Source of the DNA: Candidatus Thorarchaeota archaeon
GTDB lineage: Archaea > Asgardarchaeota > Thorarchaeia > Thorarchaeales > Thorarchaeaceae
Direction: 5' to 3'
Length of the DNA: 20,371 bases
NCBI GenBank assembly: GCA_048884785.1
Contig: JBHLQM010000014.1
Span: forward strand, 35,736 to 56,106
The position numbers and the translations under genes are program-made. The first letter of the stretch is position 1; each line of letters starts with the position of its first letter. Shown here in pieces: positions 1 through 8,415 of the stretch. Under the pieces are notes generated by a model. It ran no database searches and had not been told where the DNA came from. It worked only from the letters and a program-made list of their open reading frames with translations.

Positions 1-110
1 CTCTCTCTTAGAGCTGGAAATACTATTGACATGACTGTACTTCGAAATCATGCCACACGATGTCCGAAAAAAAGAGAAGTTGGAAGACCAAGGGAATAAC
101 AAGAAAAAGA

Positions 111-133
111 GAGGAGGGCGGAATGCCCTCTTC
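111..133 (-). terminator. GC-rich hairpin just after the 136..627 stop codon, followed by a T-rich tract on the minus strand
   Basis: Plus strand GAGGAGGGCG-GAA-TGCCCTCTTC; the minus strand continues TCTTTTTCTT. Confidence 0.45.
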
Positions 134-135
134 GA

Positions 136-627
136 TTACATTGAAATTATTCTGTTTCGAGTTATAATCAGAATAATTAGTCCGATAATTTGGGGAATTG
201 GCAGAGGTTTTCTTTGATAGGTGTAGAATATCTCCTGTCTATAGATACATACACCCGGTACAATGAAAGGAAGCAGCATAATAACAACAAGGATTAGAAT
301 ACCTTTCCAACGATTCGATTTTCCATTTAACACCAGAAAAACCACTGCAGTGGCTAGCAGACCAATTAACCATAATCCATTCGTCATTAACGATGACACG
401 TAGGGGAAGTAAAGCTCTAAAGAATCAGGAGCTCCACCAAGTGTCAGATTGCGGCACCAAACGAAAGCCCAATACCTGCTTGCGATGGTTGCATGATATG
501 ATACTGCGTCGAGAACTACAAGCTCTCCTGCACCAAAAGCCTCAGTTTCAACTATACTTGGCATCAGAGCTGAACAAATGAATAGAAGTACATCAAACCT
601 GATTTTAGACTTGAGAACTCCCTTCAT
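136..627 (-). CDS. Hypothetical integral membrane protein
   Basis: 163-aa ORF with about 4 hydrophobic segments and a basic C-terminus; no recognised motif. Confidence 0.7.
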   Translation of the reverse strand: MKGVLKSKIRFDVLLFICSALMPSIVETEAFGAGELVVLDAVSYHATIASRYWAFVWCRNLTLGGAPDSLELYFPYVSSLMTNGLWLIGLLATAVVFLVLNGKSNRWKGILILVVIMLLPFIVPGVCIYRQEIFYTYQRKPLPIPQIIGLIILIITRNRIISM

Positions 628-697
628 GTCAGAAACATTCTCTAACTTAGAATTAGAACTTTCTCATCAACAAGTATTGTACTAATCCAAAAAGAAG

Positions 698-834
698 TGG
701 TGCGTCTGCCGGGACTCGAATTCCCGACCACGTTCGAGAATTGAACGCAGTTCCCGGTTCCCGACCATGACCGTGTTGGTCATGGTTGCCGGATCCGTGG
801 CAGGGATCCATCATAGCCCCTAGACAACAGACGC
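698..834 (-). tRNA. tRNA-Gly(GCC) with two non-canonical introns (48/49 at 758-787; 53/54 at 721-752) and encoded CCA
   Basis: Minus strand: acceptor GCGTCTG/CAGACGC-A-CCA and anticodon arm GATCC-CTGCCAC-GGATC. Removing the 30-nt and 32-nt hairpin inserts restores variable loop CGGC and T-arm CCGGG-TTCGAGT-CCCGG. Both inserts have BHB-type junctions. Confidence 0.93.
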
Positions 835-859
835 TTAGTTCATCTCCGTTCAGCTGTCT

Positions 860-868
860 GTTTTAAAG
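860..868 (-). promoter_or_regulatory. TATA box of tRNA-Gly
   Basis: TTTAAAA on the minus strand; first T is 33 nt upstream of the tRNA 5' end, the same spacing as for tRNA-Val and tRNA-Phe. Confidence 0.6.
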
Positions 869-983
869 CTTACCAAAGTGGATAGTCCAAAGTCACAAGA
901 ATTCATTAATGCGTAGTATGAATCTCATAATTTACTTGCTAAGAAAAGGTGTCTTATAAGAAAGGTAATCGGCTCCTTGACCT

Positions 984-1493
984 ATGAATATTCTAGATGC
1001 GTTGTATACCAGACGAAGTATACGAAAATACCGAATGGGCGATGTGCCTGATGAAATTGTGGAGCAGGTTCTGAGAGCAGGCATGAGCGCTCCGACCTCG
1101 GGAAATCAAAGACCATGGCAATTTGTTGTTGTACGAAATCGAGAGAAAATGGAAAATCTCATCGAAGCCTATCCATACGCAAAGATGCTTCGTGACGTTC
1201 CTGTTGCTGTAATGGTCTGTTTTGATAAAGACCGTGAAAAATGGGCTGAAAGGTGGCAGATGGACTGCGCAAATGCAACTCTCAATATGTTGCTTTCAAT
1301 CCACGGTCTTGGCTATGGAGGTCTCTGGCTCGAAGTCTATCCTATTCAAGAGAGGGTCAAGATGATACAGGACTTCTTTGACATGCCTGAAACTGTCATT
1401 CCTTTAGCAATAGTTCCGATAGGTCATCCTGATGAGGAGAAGTCATCTGAAGACCGCTACGAAGAGTCCTTAGTCCATTATGACACTTGGTAG
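984..1493 (+). CDS. Nitroreductase family (FMN-dependent) protein
   Basis: Motifs RRSIRKY, APTSGNQRPWQFVVV, NMLLSIHGLGYGGLW and IGHP. Confidence 0.93.
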   Translation: MNILDALYTRRSIRKYRMGDVPDEIVEQVLRAGMSAPTSGNQRPWQFVVVRNREKMENLIEAYPYAKMLRDVPVAVMVCFDKDREKWAERWQMDCANATLNMLLSIHGLGYGGLWLEVYPIQERVKMIQDFFDMPETVIPLAIVPIGHPDEEKSSEDRYEESLVHYDTW

Positions 1494-1571
1494 ACAGTAC
1501 AGAAACACATCTCAAGGATTCTTCTATCGCATAGGCGAAGGTCTCAAGTACTGAAGAGAGCAAACAACATC

Positions 1572-2648
1572 ATGCAAGAGTCTTTGGAATCATCAAACCG
1601 TATAGAGTGGATTGATGTGTCCAAAGGTATTGCCATTATACTGGTAGTTCTTGTTCATTCCATTATTCCACAGATTAACCCAGTAACAACTCACCTTAGC
1701 AGTTTTGCAATTCCGCTATTCTTTGTACTTGCAGGATTGACATACAATCCTGAAAAGCATCGGCAAAATCTTAGGCGTCTTGCTAAGATCAGAGGACAGC
1801 AGTATATGTTACCATACTTCTGTCTGTACACTATCATTATGGTCCTCTTCTATCTCGTACCAAATGCAGTAGAAACCTATCTGACTCCCGATCAACTAGT
1901 CTTCTGGTTTCTCTACGGTAGTGGGCCGCCAGACCAATCAACGCACCTCTGGTTCTTGCCCGTCCTCTACTTTGGTTTTGCTCTATTCATACTTCTCGAA
2001 CGCGTGTTACATCCTCTATCAAGATGGACTCGAATTATCGTTGTTCCTTCTCTTGCAGTCATTGGATTCGGAATCAATTCATTGTTCTCACCAATGCTAG
2101 TACCTTGGCATCTAGGTTCTATCCTAATCGCTACCAACTTCATGCTGATTGGAGCTGAAGTTCGGAATCATTATGGAATGACCTCTTGGTCAACCAAATC
2201 AAGAATTCTTGATGTTGCTCTCATTCTTGCTTTGTCATATCTTCTTATTTTCCTCTCAGAGTTGAATGGCTTCACTGATATTGCAGTTGACAATCTCGGA
2301 AATAGTGTCTGGCTTTACCTCATTAATGGCACAATTGGTACTTCAGCTACATTCTTGCTGTCAAGTCTGATTGCAAAGCAGTCTGTATTGATGCAAACGA
2401 AACTCTCAGAACTTGGGAATATGTCCCAGGAAGTTTACGAATTCCATCCCCTCACATTTCTTTTAGTAACTCCTATCATGCTACTTGCTGGATGGACTTC
2501 AGGGGATATTCTTGGGAATTTTGACAATCTTTGGTTCTTGAGATTCTTCTTTGGAATGAGTATTTCAATAGCTGCTGTCGTCTTTGTAATCCGAAAGAAC
2601 AGTATCTTGTCGATTATTTTCACAGGATTCAAACAGAGAAGACGTTAG
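1572..2648 (+). CDS. Acyltransferase-3 family (OafA/YrhL-like) membrane O-acyltransferase
   Basis: RIEWIDVSKGIAIILVVLVH, IPLFFVLAG and HLWFLPVLY motifs; about 10 TM segments. Confidence 0.9.
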   Translation: MQESLESSNRIEWIDVSKGIAIILVVLVHSIIPQINPVTTHLSSFAIPLFFVLAGLTYNPEKHRQNLRRLAKIRGQQYMLPYFCLYTIIMVLFYLVPNAVETYLTPDQLVFWFLYGSGPPDQSTHLWFLPVLYFGFALFILLERVLHPLSRWTRIIVVPSLAVIGFGINSLFSPMLVPWHLGSILIATNFMLIGAEVRNHYGMTSWSTKSRILDVALILALSYLLIFLSELNGFTDIAVDNLGNSVWLYLINGTIGTSATFLLSSLIAKQSVLMQTKLSELGNMSQEVYEFHPLTFLLVTPIMLLAGWTSGDILGNFDNLWFLRFFFGMSISIAAVVFVIRKNSILSIIFTGFKQRRR

Positions 2649-2710
2649 TCAAGACTTCTTTCCAGATTGCGCCATAGCAGGTCTTTATAGCATATTTTGC
2701 TGACTGAAAA

Positions 2711-4018
2711 ATGAGTAAAGAAGGTGCTGGTTCTATGAAGGAGAGGCTCCTCAGGCTCTGTAGTTTTAGTCTGATAGTTATTCTTTCAGTTTCTTCTATG
2801 ATTATGCTGACAAATCAGACAGCTTCAGAGCAGAACGCTGTAAGTAAGATACAATTCACAGAGTCTAACACACAAACCTCCACGCGTGACTATTGGCCTA
2901 CCGATGGTTGGAGAAATAAGACTCTAGCAGAAATGAACATGAGTGCAAGCATCCTTAATGACATGTTAGTTCTAATAGAGGAACAAGACTATCCCATTGA
3001 CTCTATCTTCATTGTTAAGAATGGATACGCAGTCTTTGAAGAATATCCTTCTGGAATCTACAGGCCTCCACAAAGACATGACATGCACTCTGTAACGAAG
3101 AGCTTTACGTCAACGCTCATTGGTATTGCACTACAGCAAGGGTTTATCGGGAGTGTTAAAGAATACCTTCTTGATCTCTTCCCTGAATATACACCTGCAA
3201 ATCCTGATCCAAGAAAGAGTGATATTACCATAGAACATCTCCTAACAATGAGTGCAGGATTTGAGTGGGATGAGTCTTCTCTTCCCTATACAGATCCTAA
3301 CGTCAATGATATTGGTGGAATGATGGTCAGTTCTGATGTTGTGCAGTACGTTCTTGACAAGCCTCTATTATATGACCCCGGTGAACATTGGCAATACAGC
3401 GGTGGTGTTGCAACACTTCTTGGGGCAATAATCCAACAAATCCCTGGATATACAACCAATAGCTTTGCAGAAGAATTCTTATTCGACCCCCTTGGATTTG
3501 GCCCAACAACATGGTACAGTTATCCTGGTGGTTGGTATAACACACAAGGCGGTCTAAGAGTCAATACGCATGATATGGCCAAGCTTGGGTTTTTGTATCT
3601 AAACAATGGGAGCTGGAACGGGACACAGATTCTCTCAGCGGATTATGTCACAAACGCAACCACGCCTCAGTTTACTGATCTTTACTTCCCCCCGGAATAT
3701 GCAGGCTATGGTTGGCAATGGTGGCTAGCACCTGATATGGTAACTTTCATGGCTCTTGGTCGAATGGGGCAAAAAATCATTATATCTCGTGATTTAGATC
3801 TTGTAGTAGTCTTCACGGCGCATGTAGGCGACACTGAATATGATCCCGAGTTCGACCTGTATAATGACTATATTCTCCCATCGGTTTTCGCTGGATCTGA
3901 TATGAATCAACCAAACATCCCAACAGAACTCGTGGCAGCTGGGGTCATTCTATCAGGACTGGTTATTATAGGAATACTAGTGGTGTATTTCAGAACGTTC
4001 TACCGCCCCAAGAACTGA
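2711..4018 (+). CDS. Membrane-anchored serine hydrolase, beta-lactamase class C/NylB-like
   Basis: SxxK (SVTK), ITIEHLLTMSAG, PGEHWQYSG, DMAKLGFLYL, YGWQWW and ALGRMGQ motifs; N-terminal signal and C-terminal TM. True start may be the ATG at 2735. Confidence 0.9.
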   Translation: MSKEGAGSMKERLLRLCSFSLIVILSVSSMIMLTNQTASEQNAVSKIQFTESNTQTSTRDYWPTDGWRNKTLAEMNMSASILNDMLVLIEEQDYPIDSIFIVKNGYAVFEEYPSGIYRPPQRHDMHSVTKSFTSTLIGIALQQGFIGSVKEYLLDLFPEYTPANPDPRKSDITIEHLLTMSAGFEWDESSLPYTDPNVNDIGGMMVSSDVVQYVLDKPLLYDPGEHWQYSGGVATLLGAIIQQIPGYTTNSFAEEFLFDPLGFGPTTWYSYPGGWYNTQGGLRVNTHDMAKLGFLYLNNGSWNGTQILSADYVTNATTPQFTDLYFPPEYAGYGWQWWLAPDMVTFMALGRMGQKIIISRDLDLVVVFTAHVGDTEYDPEFDLYNDYILPSVFAGSDMNQPNIPTELVAAGVILSGLVIIGILVVYFRTFYRPKN

Positions 4019-4093
4019 GCTAGAGTGTTTTTGTGGAGCTTAAATCCTCTGAACAGAAAAAGTGTATAGAACAATATACAGAGGTAGAGATAC

Positions 4094-4780
4094 TTGCAGA
4101 TATCTAGTGACATCACCCTAATGGTAAGCCTTGCTGCCATCTCAGCATCCATCATGATTTCAGTCTATCTTCTAGCTATCTGGAAAAGGCAAAGCACTCG
4201 ATTGTACACAGATCTTCCACTTATGTTTGGCATCGTCTTTCTTGCATATTCAGTCAACATGTTCATACAGATTCTCCCCCAAACCGGGATAATTGAGGCT
4301 TCTATTGAATTATTTAAGGTGCGAACGGTTACCATAGGAGCCACAGTCCTCCCAATGCTTTCTATGCTCATGCATATTCTGTTACCAAAATACAGTCAGC
4401 ATCATAAGAAAGTCATGGCCGCTGTTGTAATCTATTGGTTCGCAGTAACCCTCTTTGGTCCAACTGAACAGCTCATAATGAGTATGCTCATTCCAGTTGT
4501 CGTTGTCGTCATAATTGGCCTGACAATAACGTTTACAATTACTTGGAGAACTGGGAGGCTGAAAGAAGTCAGGAGTGACCTTGTGGTTGCTTCGCTGGTT
4601 CTTCTATTCATAAGCCAAACCAGTAAGGTGCCCCTTGTTGGCCTAGGACTAGGATTTATTGCAGATATCCTCACAGCTACGGGAACCATTATCGTGACCT
4701 TAGCCATGGCAAATCCATGGTACAAGAGAAAATCCAAACCGATCTCTCAAGCGGAAGAAATACACTCGGTTGCTGCATAA
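4094..4780 (+). CDS. Hypothetical polytopic membrane protein (~7 TM)
   Basis: About 7 hydrophobic helices; TTG start preceded by GAGGT. Confidence 0.75.
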   Translation: MQISSDITLMVSLAAISASIMISVYLLAIWKRQSTRLYTDLPLMFGIVFLAYSVNMFIQILPQTGIIEASIELFKVRTVTIGATVLPMLSMLMHILLPKYSQHHKKVMAAVVIYWFAVTLFGPTEQLIMSMLIPVVVVVIIGLTITFTITWRTGRLKEVRSDLVVASLVLLFISQTSKVPLVGLGLGFIADILTATGTIIVTLAMANPWYKRKSKPISQAEEIHSVAA

Positions 4781-5860
4781 TCACAAGAGACCTGCGAGGT
4801 GCTTAATCCAGAGGACCCAGAAGGTGGATTCCAGTTCAATGGATTGCGCCTCCCGTCTGTTTTTTTCCAGACCCATATACAATCCACCAACCCAGTATCC
4901 CACTTTCTTCTCAGGTAGCCAAGCTCGTGGGAAAAGATAGGTTCCCTTCTGCGTTCTGAAATGCTCAAGATAATCAAGCGCATCAAGAAACCATCTGCTC
5001 TTGCGTGCTCTCTTGAATCTAGCCACCATCTCCAAGGTGAGAAGCATCTCGGCGAACTCTCGTTTCTCAGGCATTGACCTATATCCGGGAAGATGCACTG
5101 CCCATCCAATGACATAGTACCTACCGGCGTATTGTGCTATACCATAGCTCCAAGGGAGACTTTGATATTCATCCTTGAGGATGAACTCAATTACAGATTC
5201 AGCCTTCTCTCTCAAGTGTGGTGTCTTCATGATATCATCGCAACAACTTATGCCTCGAATATCATGAATCCATGGCAAGACAAATTTCTGCTCCTGGTAG
5301 AGCACTGGATTCACGAGTCTGTGTTTGTCATATGACTTTGGAATGCCCCTGAACTCGGATTTGCCGACATATATTGACTCAAAGTCCGGTTTGCAGGCAA
5401 ATGAATAGAGTGACTCGAGTCTTGATTTCAGGAACTCGGCTACGGGACGTGTCGTTCCATATCCTGCATAGGAGAGGAATGAGGCTACAATACTCTGACG
5501 AAAGACTGTAAATGGAAATTCTGAAGAGTCTTCATCGAAATCTGCCAGCCAGACCCGGAACGGAAGCGTCTTGTTATCAAATGGTTGAAGTCCCGCACGT
5601 AGACCAAGAAGAACCAGCTTTCCCATAACATTCTCAAATGAATTGGGATTTCCAGAGTGAAGCGAATTTAACTCAAAGCCTGGTCGAAGTTTCTCCAACC
5701 AATCGACTACCTGCGGGGTTTCCAGCATATCTCTCAATGCTTGGCCCACCAGTCCCACATCTTGCTCGTTTACAATACCCACCAATGTTCTGTACCTAAT
5801 AACGGGTCCTGCATTCCTCAGTAGCCACTGTATGAGATCACTACTCTTCAACGTAACCAA
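4781..5860 (-). CDS. Hypothetical protein, possibly alpha/alpha-barrel (prenyltransferase/cyclase-like repeat)
   Basis: 359-aa ORF; N-terminal WLL...P.IRYRTL pattern and a LEHFRTQKGTY repeat-like segment. The fold is inferred. Confidence 0.7.
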   Translation of the reverse strand: MVTLKSSDLIQWLLRNAGPVIRYRTLVGIVNEQDVGLVGQALRDMLETPQVVDWLEKLRPGFELNSLHSGNPNSFENVMGKLVLLGLRAGLQPFDNKTLPFRVWLADFDEDSSEFPFTVFRQSIVASFLSYAGYGTTRPVAEFLKSRLESLYSFACKPDFESIYVGKSEFRGIPKSYDKHRLVNPVLYQEQKFVLPWIHDIRGISCCDDIMKTPHLREKAESVIEFILKDEYQSLPWSYGIAQYAGRYYVIGWAVHLPGYRSMPEKREFAEMLLTLEMVARFKRARKSRWFLDALDYLEHFRTQKGTYLFPRAWLPEKKVGYWVGGLYMGLEKNRREAQSIELESTFWVLWIKHLAGLL

Positions 5861-5911
5861 TCATCATATGAAAGGTCAGAGTTAAGAGGATTTCAGTCAT
5901 TTCTCTAGTGG

Positions 5912-6634
5912 GTGTACTGGATGGGCAAACACTCAGAATTTGACGAGTTGAAACGGGAGATTATGATTGGTATCTATCGAAATCGGATGCTACTGACTGC
6001 CGAACGTGATCGACCAGAGGGCTGGAAGCTCGTATCTGGGAAATGGAGTCCCTTTTACATTCAGCTTCGCGTGATTAGTTCCTTTCCTCAAATCCTTGCC
6101 AAAGTTGGCCGGGTAATGGCTGAGATGATCAAAGAGGAAGCCCCCCATATCAATAAGCTAGTAGGCATTGCATTTGCAGGCATACCTATTGCCACAGCTG
6201 TTTCGCTGGAATCTGGTCTTCCTTCAGTACACACACGCAAGATTACTGGCGTTAAATCAGATGAGGATTTTCAGAAGTATTTGATTGAGTACGGCCAGCA
6301 CTCACTTGTAGAAGGAATTTTGGAGGACGGAGATGCGCTTTGTCTAGTGGATGATCTTGTTACAGGTCTTACCAGCAAGATGACTGCGAAGGCCCAGGTA
6401 ATTGCCGAACTAACCAGTCGTGATGTTCATGACGTTACCTGTGATGATATTGCAGTTTTAGTTGATAGGCAACAGGGTGCTGAAGAAGCCGCGCGTAAGG
6501 CAAACATGCACCTTCATTCAGTGATCAAGTTTGTTGATGAAGGTCTTCCTCTCCTGAAAGATATCATGTCAGAGAAAGAGCACAAGATAGTATCTGAATA
6601 CCTGGCGAATCCAGAGTCATACCAGAAAGAATAG
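5912..6634 (+). CDS. pyrE: Orotate phosphoribosyltransferase
   Basis: LVSGKWSPFYIQLR, GIAFAGIPIA, PRPP-binding LVDDLVTG and VLVDRQQGA motifs. Confidence 0.82.
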   Translation: MYWMGKHSEFDELKREIMIGIYRNRMLLTAERDRPEGWKLVSGKWSPFYIQLRVISSFPQILAKVGRVMAEMIKEEAPHINKLVGIAFAGIPIATAVSLESGLPSVHTRKITGVKSDEDFQKYLIEYGQHSLVEGILEDGDALCLVDDLVTGLTSKMTAKAQVIAELTSRDVHDVTCDDIAVLVDRQQGAEEAARKANMHLHSVIKFVDEGLPLLKDIMSEKEHKIVSEYLANPESYQKE

Positions 6635-6701
6635 ACACACTCCGGTGTATATGTAACAGAAACTGCTATCTTTAGTTCTGCAAAGCCAAAGAAGGTTTGC
6701 C

Positions 6702-7154
6702 TTGACTACAAAAGACCCACTCACTCCAATGCTCAAGTTGGCCCTCTCGGCAGCAAAAGGGCAACATGATTTCTTCCTGCGCACAGCTGATAATGTCGCT
6801 ATGCCAGAAGTAAAAGCACTCCTTATGGTTCTTGCAGAATCCGAAGAAAAAATGATGGGGCGCATTCAGCATATGCTACTCACAGGCATTGTAGACGAAC
6901 TAACCGAATTGAACAGTGCTCCTGATAGGAATATCATGCCAGATGAGACCCCCTTCGACCCATCTCGTGCGGAAACCGACCCCCGAATCTATGTCTGCAA
7001 TATGTCCTTGGAAAAAAGCATCAAGACTTACGCCTTTTACCTAGCTATGGCCGCAAAATCACAGAGTGAGCTCATAAGCACTCTCTTTGAATACCTTGCA
7101 CTATTGAAAATGCGTCAGATTGCGCAACTGCGGCGAGTCTGCTCCACCTTTTGA
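6702..7154 (+). CDS. Ferritin/rubrerythrin-like four-helix protein, copy 1 (di-iron ligands degenerate)
   Basis: Internal two-fold pattern (F/Y..A....PEVKALL..LAE, then FY...A....S..I..LFEYLA); 75/150 identical to the next ORF with no gaps. Confidence 0.75.
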   Translation: MTTKDPLTPMLKLALSAAKGQHDFFLRTADNVAMPEVKALLMVLAESEEKMMGRIQHMLLTGIVDELTELNSAPDRNIMPDETPFDPSRAETDPRIYVCNMSLEKSIKTYAFYLAMAAKSQSELISTLFEYLALLKMRQIAQLRRVCSTF

Positions 7155-7224
7155 ATCTTGGGCCAAACTTGGTAGTAAGAGAAATCCATTTTTGCAGATT
7201 TGTGTACATGGTGGATGACTTCTC

Positions 7225-7677
7225 ATGAGTCTCAAGAACCCCGTCGAACCTATGCTCAGAATAGCACTTACTACAGTTGCCAATCACTTTCAGTATTACC
7301 ACAATGCAGCACTGAATGTTGCAACACCTGAAGTGAAAGCTCTACTTATGGTGCTCGCAGAAACCGAGTCTGAATTGATGGATCAAATTAGGTCCATGAT
7401 GGCTCGAGGGATTGTGGCTGAGTTAGTGCAGATGTCAGAAGAGCCGCATCTCGAAGAATATCCAGACGAAACCCCTTTTGATCTGACTCGTGAGGACACT
7501 GACCCCCGCATCTTTGTGTGTAACAAGGCATTACAGCATGAAGTGAAGGGCTATACCTTTTTCCTCTCCATTGCGGCTAGAGCTCAATCTAGGGTGATTG
7601 GCCGTCTCTTTGAATACCTAGCCTATGTGAAACTCAAGCAGATCAGGAATATTCGACGTGTCTGCGAAACTTTCTGA
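7225..7677 (+). CDS. Ferritin/rubrerythrin-like four-helix protein, copy 2
   Basis: Tandem paralogue of 6702..7154, same length (150 aa). Confidence 0.78.
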   Translation: MSLKNPVEPMLRIALTTVANHFQYYHNAALNVATPEVKALLMVLAETESELMDQIRSMMARGIVAELVQMSEEPHLEEYPDETPFDLTREDTDPRIFVCNKALQHEVKGYTFFLSIAARAQSRVIGRLFEYLAYVKLKQIRNIRRVCETF

Positions 7678-7771
7678 ATCACTTTTGGTCTTTTCTGTCC
7701 GAATTATCCGATATATAGTTGGAACACGTGTTCTAAATGTTAAATTAGATTATCGTTTATAAGAATAGAAA

Positions 7772-7789
7772 AATAGAAATATTTATATA
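7772..7789 (+). promoter_or_regulatory. BRE/TATA promoter candidate within an AT-rich tract
   Basis: Purine-rich AATAGAAATA followed by TTTATATA (7782-7789). Confidence 0.5.
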
Positions 7790-7842
7790 TAATTAAGTAT
7801 ATATGAAACATGTACTGGCCGGGAAGCCTAAACAGGCCAAAG

Positions 7843-7886
7843 CCCATACCCCGCCCATCTCCAATGGAAATTAAGGGGTAGGGGGG
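7843..7886. promoter_or_regulatory. ORB-like (Orc1/Cdc6-binding) element readable on both strands, or a structured RNA leader
   Basis: Plus CTCCAATGGAAATTAAGGGGTAGGGGGG; minus TTCCATTGGAGATGGGCGGGGT. Both resemble the archaeal ORB pattern TCCA-n-TGGAAA...GGGG. Confidence 0.4.
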
Positions 7887-7905
7887 TTGGTGCAGAACGA
7901 CGTCG

Positions 7906-8295
7906 GTGAAAAGATTGAAAGAAGTACGGAGCTATCAAACTCCCTCAGTGATTCTTGATAGGTATGAGGATTTTGAGGAGTATGCGAAACAGGCGGCTCT
8001 TGTGATCTATAGACCAGATATCTATAGAGGTCCCTTTCTGGATGACCCTGGTAGAGTAAGGCGTGTGACATTCACAGCAGTTGGGGTCAGGGTAAATGAT
8101 ATCGTGATGAACTTCACTTTTGCGCTCAGCTATGAGGACATATCTGATTCTGCCCAGACTTGGGAGGAGCAGAGCAAGGTTCTCGAACAGAGGGTCGCTG
8201 ATATGGTGGCCACTCTCAGTGAAGATTGCGATATCGTGCAAGGTAGCCTTTCTACTAAGTCATCCTTGGGTGAGGCCCTTTCAGCAAGACTTTGA
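7906..8295 (+). CDS. Hypothetical protein
   Basis: 129-aa ORF with protein-like composition, a promoter upstream and a hairpin downstream. Confidence 0.7.
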   Translation: MKRLKEVRSYQTPSVILDRYEDFEEYAKQAALVIYRPDIYRGPFLDDPGRVRRVTFTAVGVRVNDIVMNFTFALSYEDISDSAQTWEEQSKVLEQRVADMVATLSEDCDIVQGSLSTKSSLGEALSARL

Positions 8296-8320
8296 TATCT
8301 AAGAGGCTTTCGTTTCAAAG

Positions 8321-8348
8321 AGGGCAAAAACTCAGGGTGATTTGCCCT
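8321..8348 (+). terminator. Intergenic hairpin, possible terminator
   Basis: AGGGCAAA...TTTGCCCT 8-bp inverted repeat; T-rich CTTTATTTT shortly after. Confidence 0.4.
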
Positions 8349-8415
8349 TCGAACAGCTTTATTTTGATTCTTCCAATAGAGAGTATAGGATTGTTAAACA
8401 AGGTCGAGTGAACCC

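Noticed and set aside
1-99. Open plus-strand frame ending TAA at 97-99
   Set aside because: Only 32 codons are visible and there is no motif; it cannot be distinguished from intergenic sequence.
2711-4018. Antibiotic-resistance beta-lactamase
   Set aside because: Motifs II and III (YSG, ALG) fit NylB/esterase-like hydrolases; there is no evidence for beta-lactam hydrolysis.
4165-5335. Short antisense or overlapping ORFs here and elsewhere (e.g. 393..581, 9550..9861, 12922..13356, 15317..17682)
   Set aside because: They are shadow ORFs overlapping better-supported genes and have no motifs.
7825-7890. Loose resemblance to a c-di-GMP-I (GEMM) riboswitch (CAAAGCC...GGTAG.GGGGTT)
   Set aside because: The P1 GGCAAACC/GNRA hairpin and tetraloop receptor are not in the right order; it cannot be called without Infernal.
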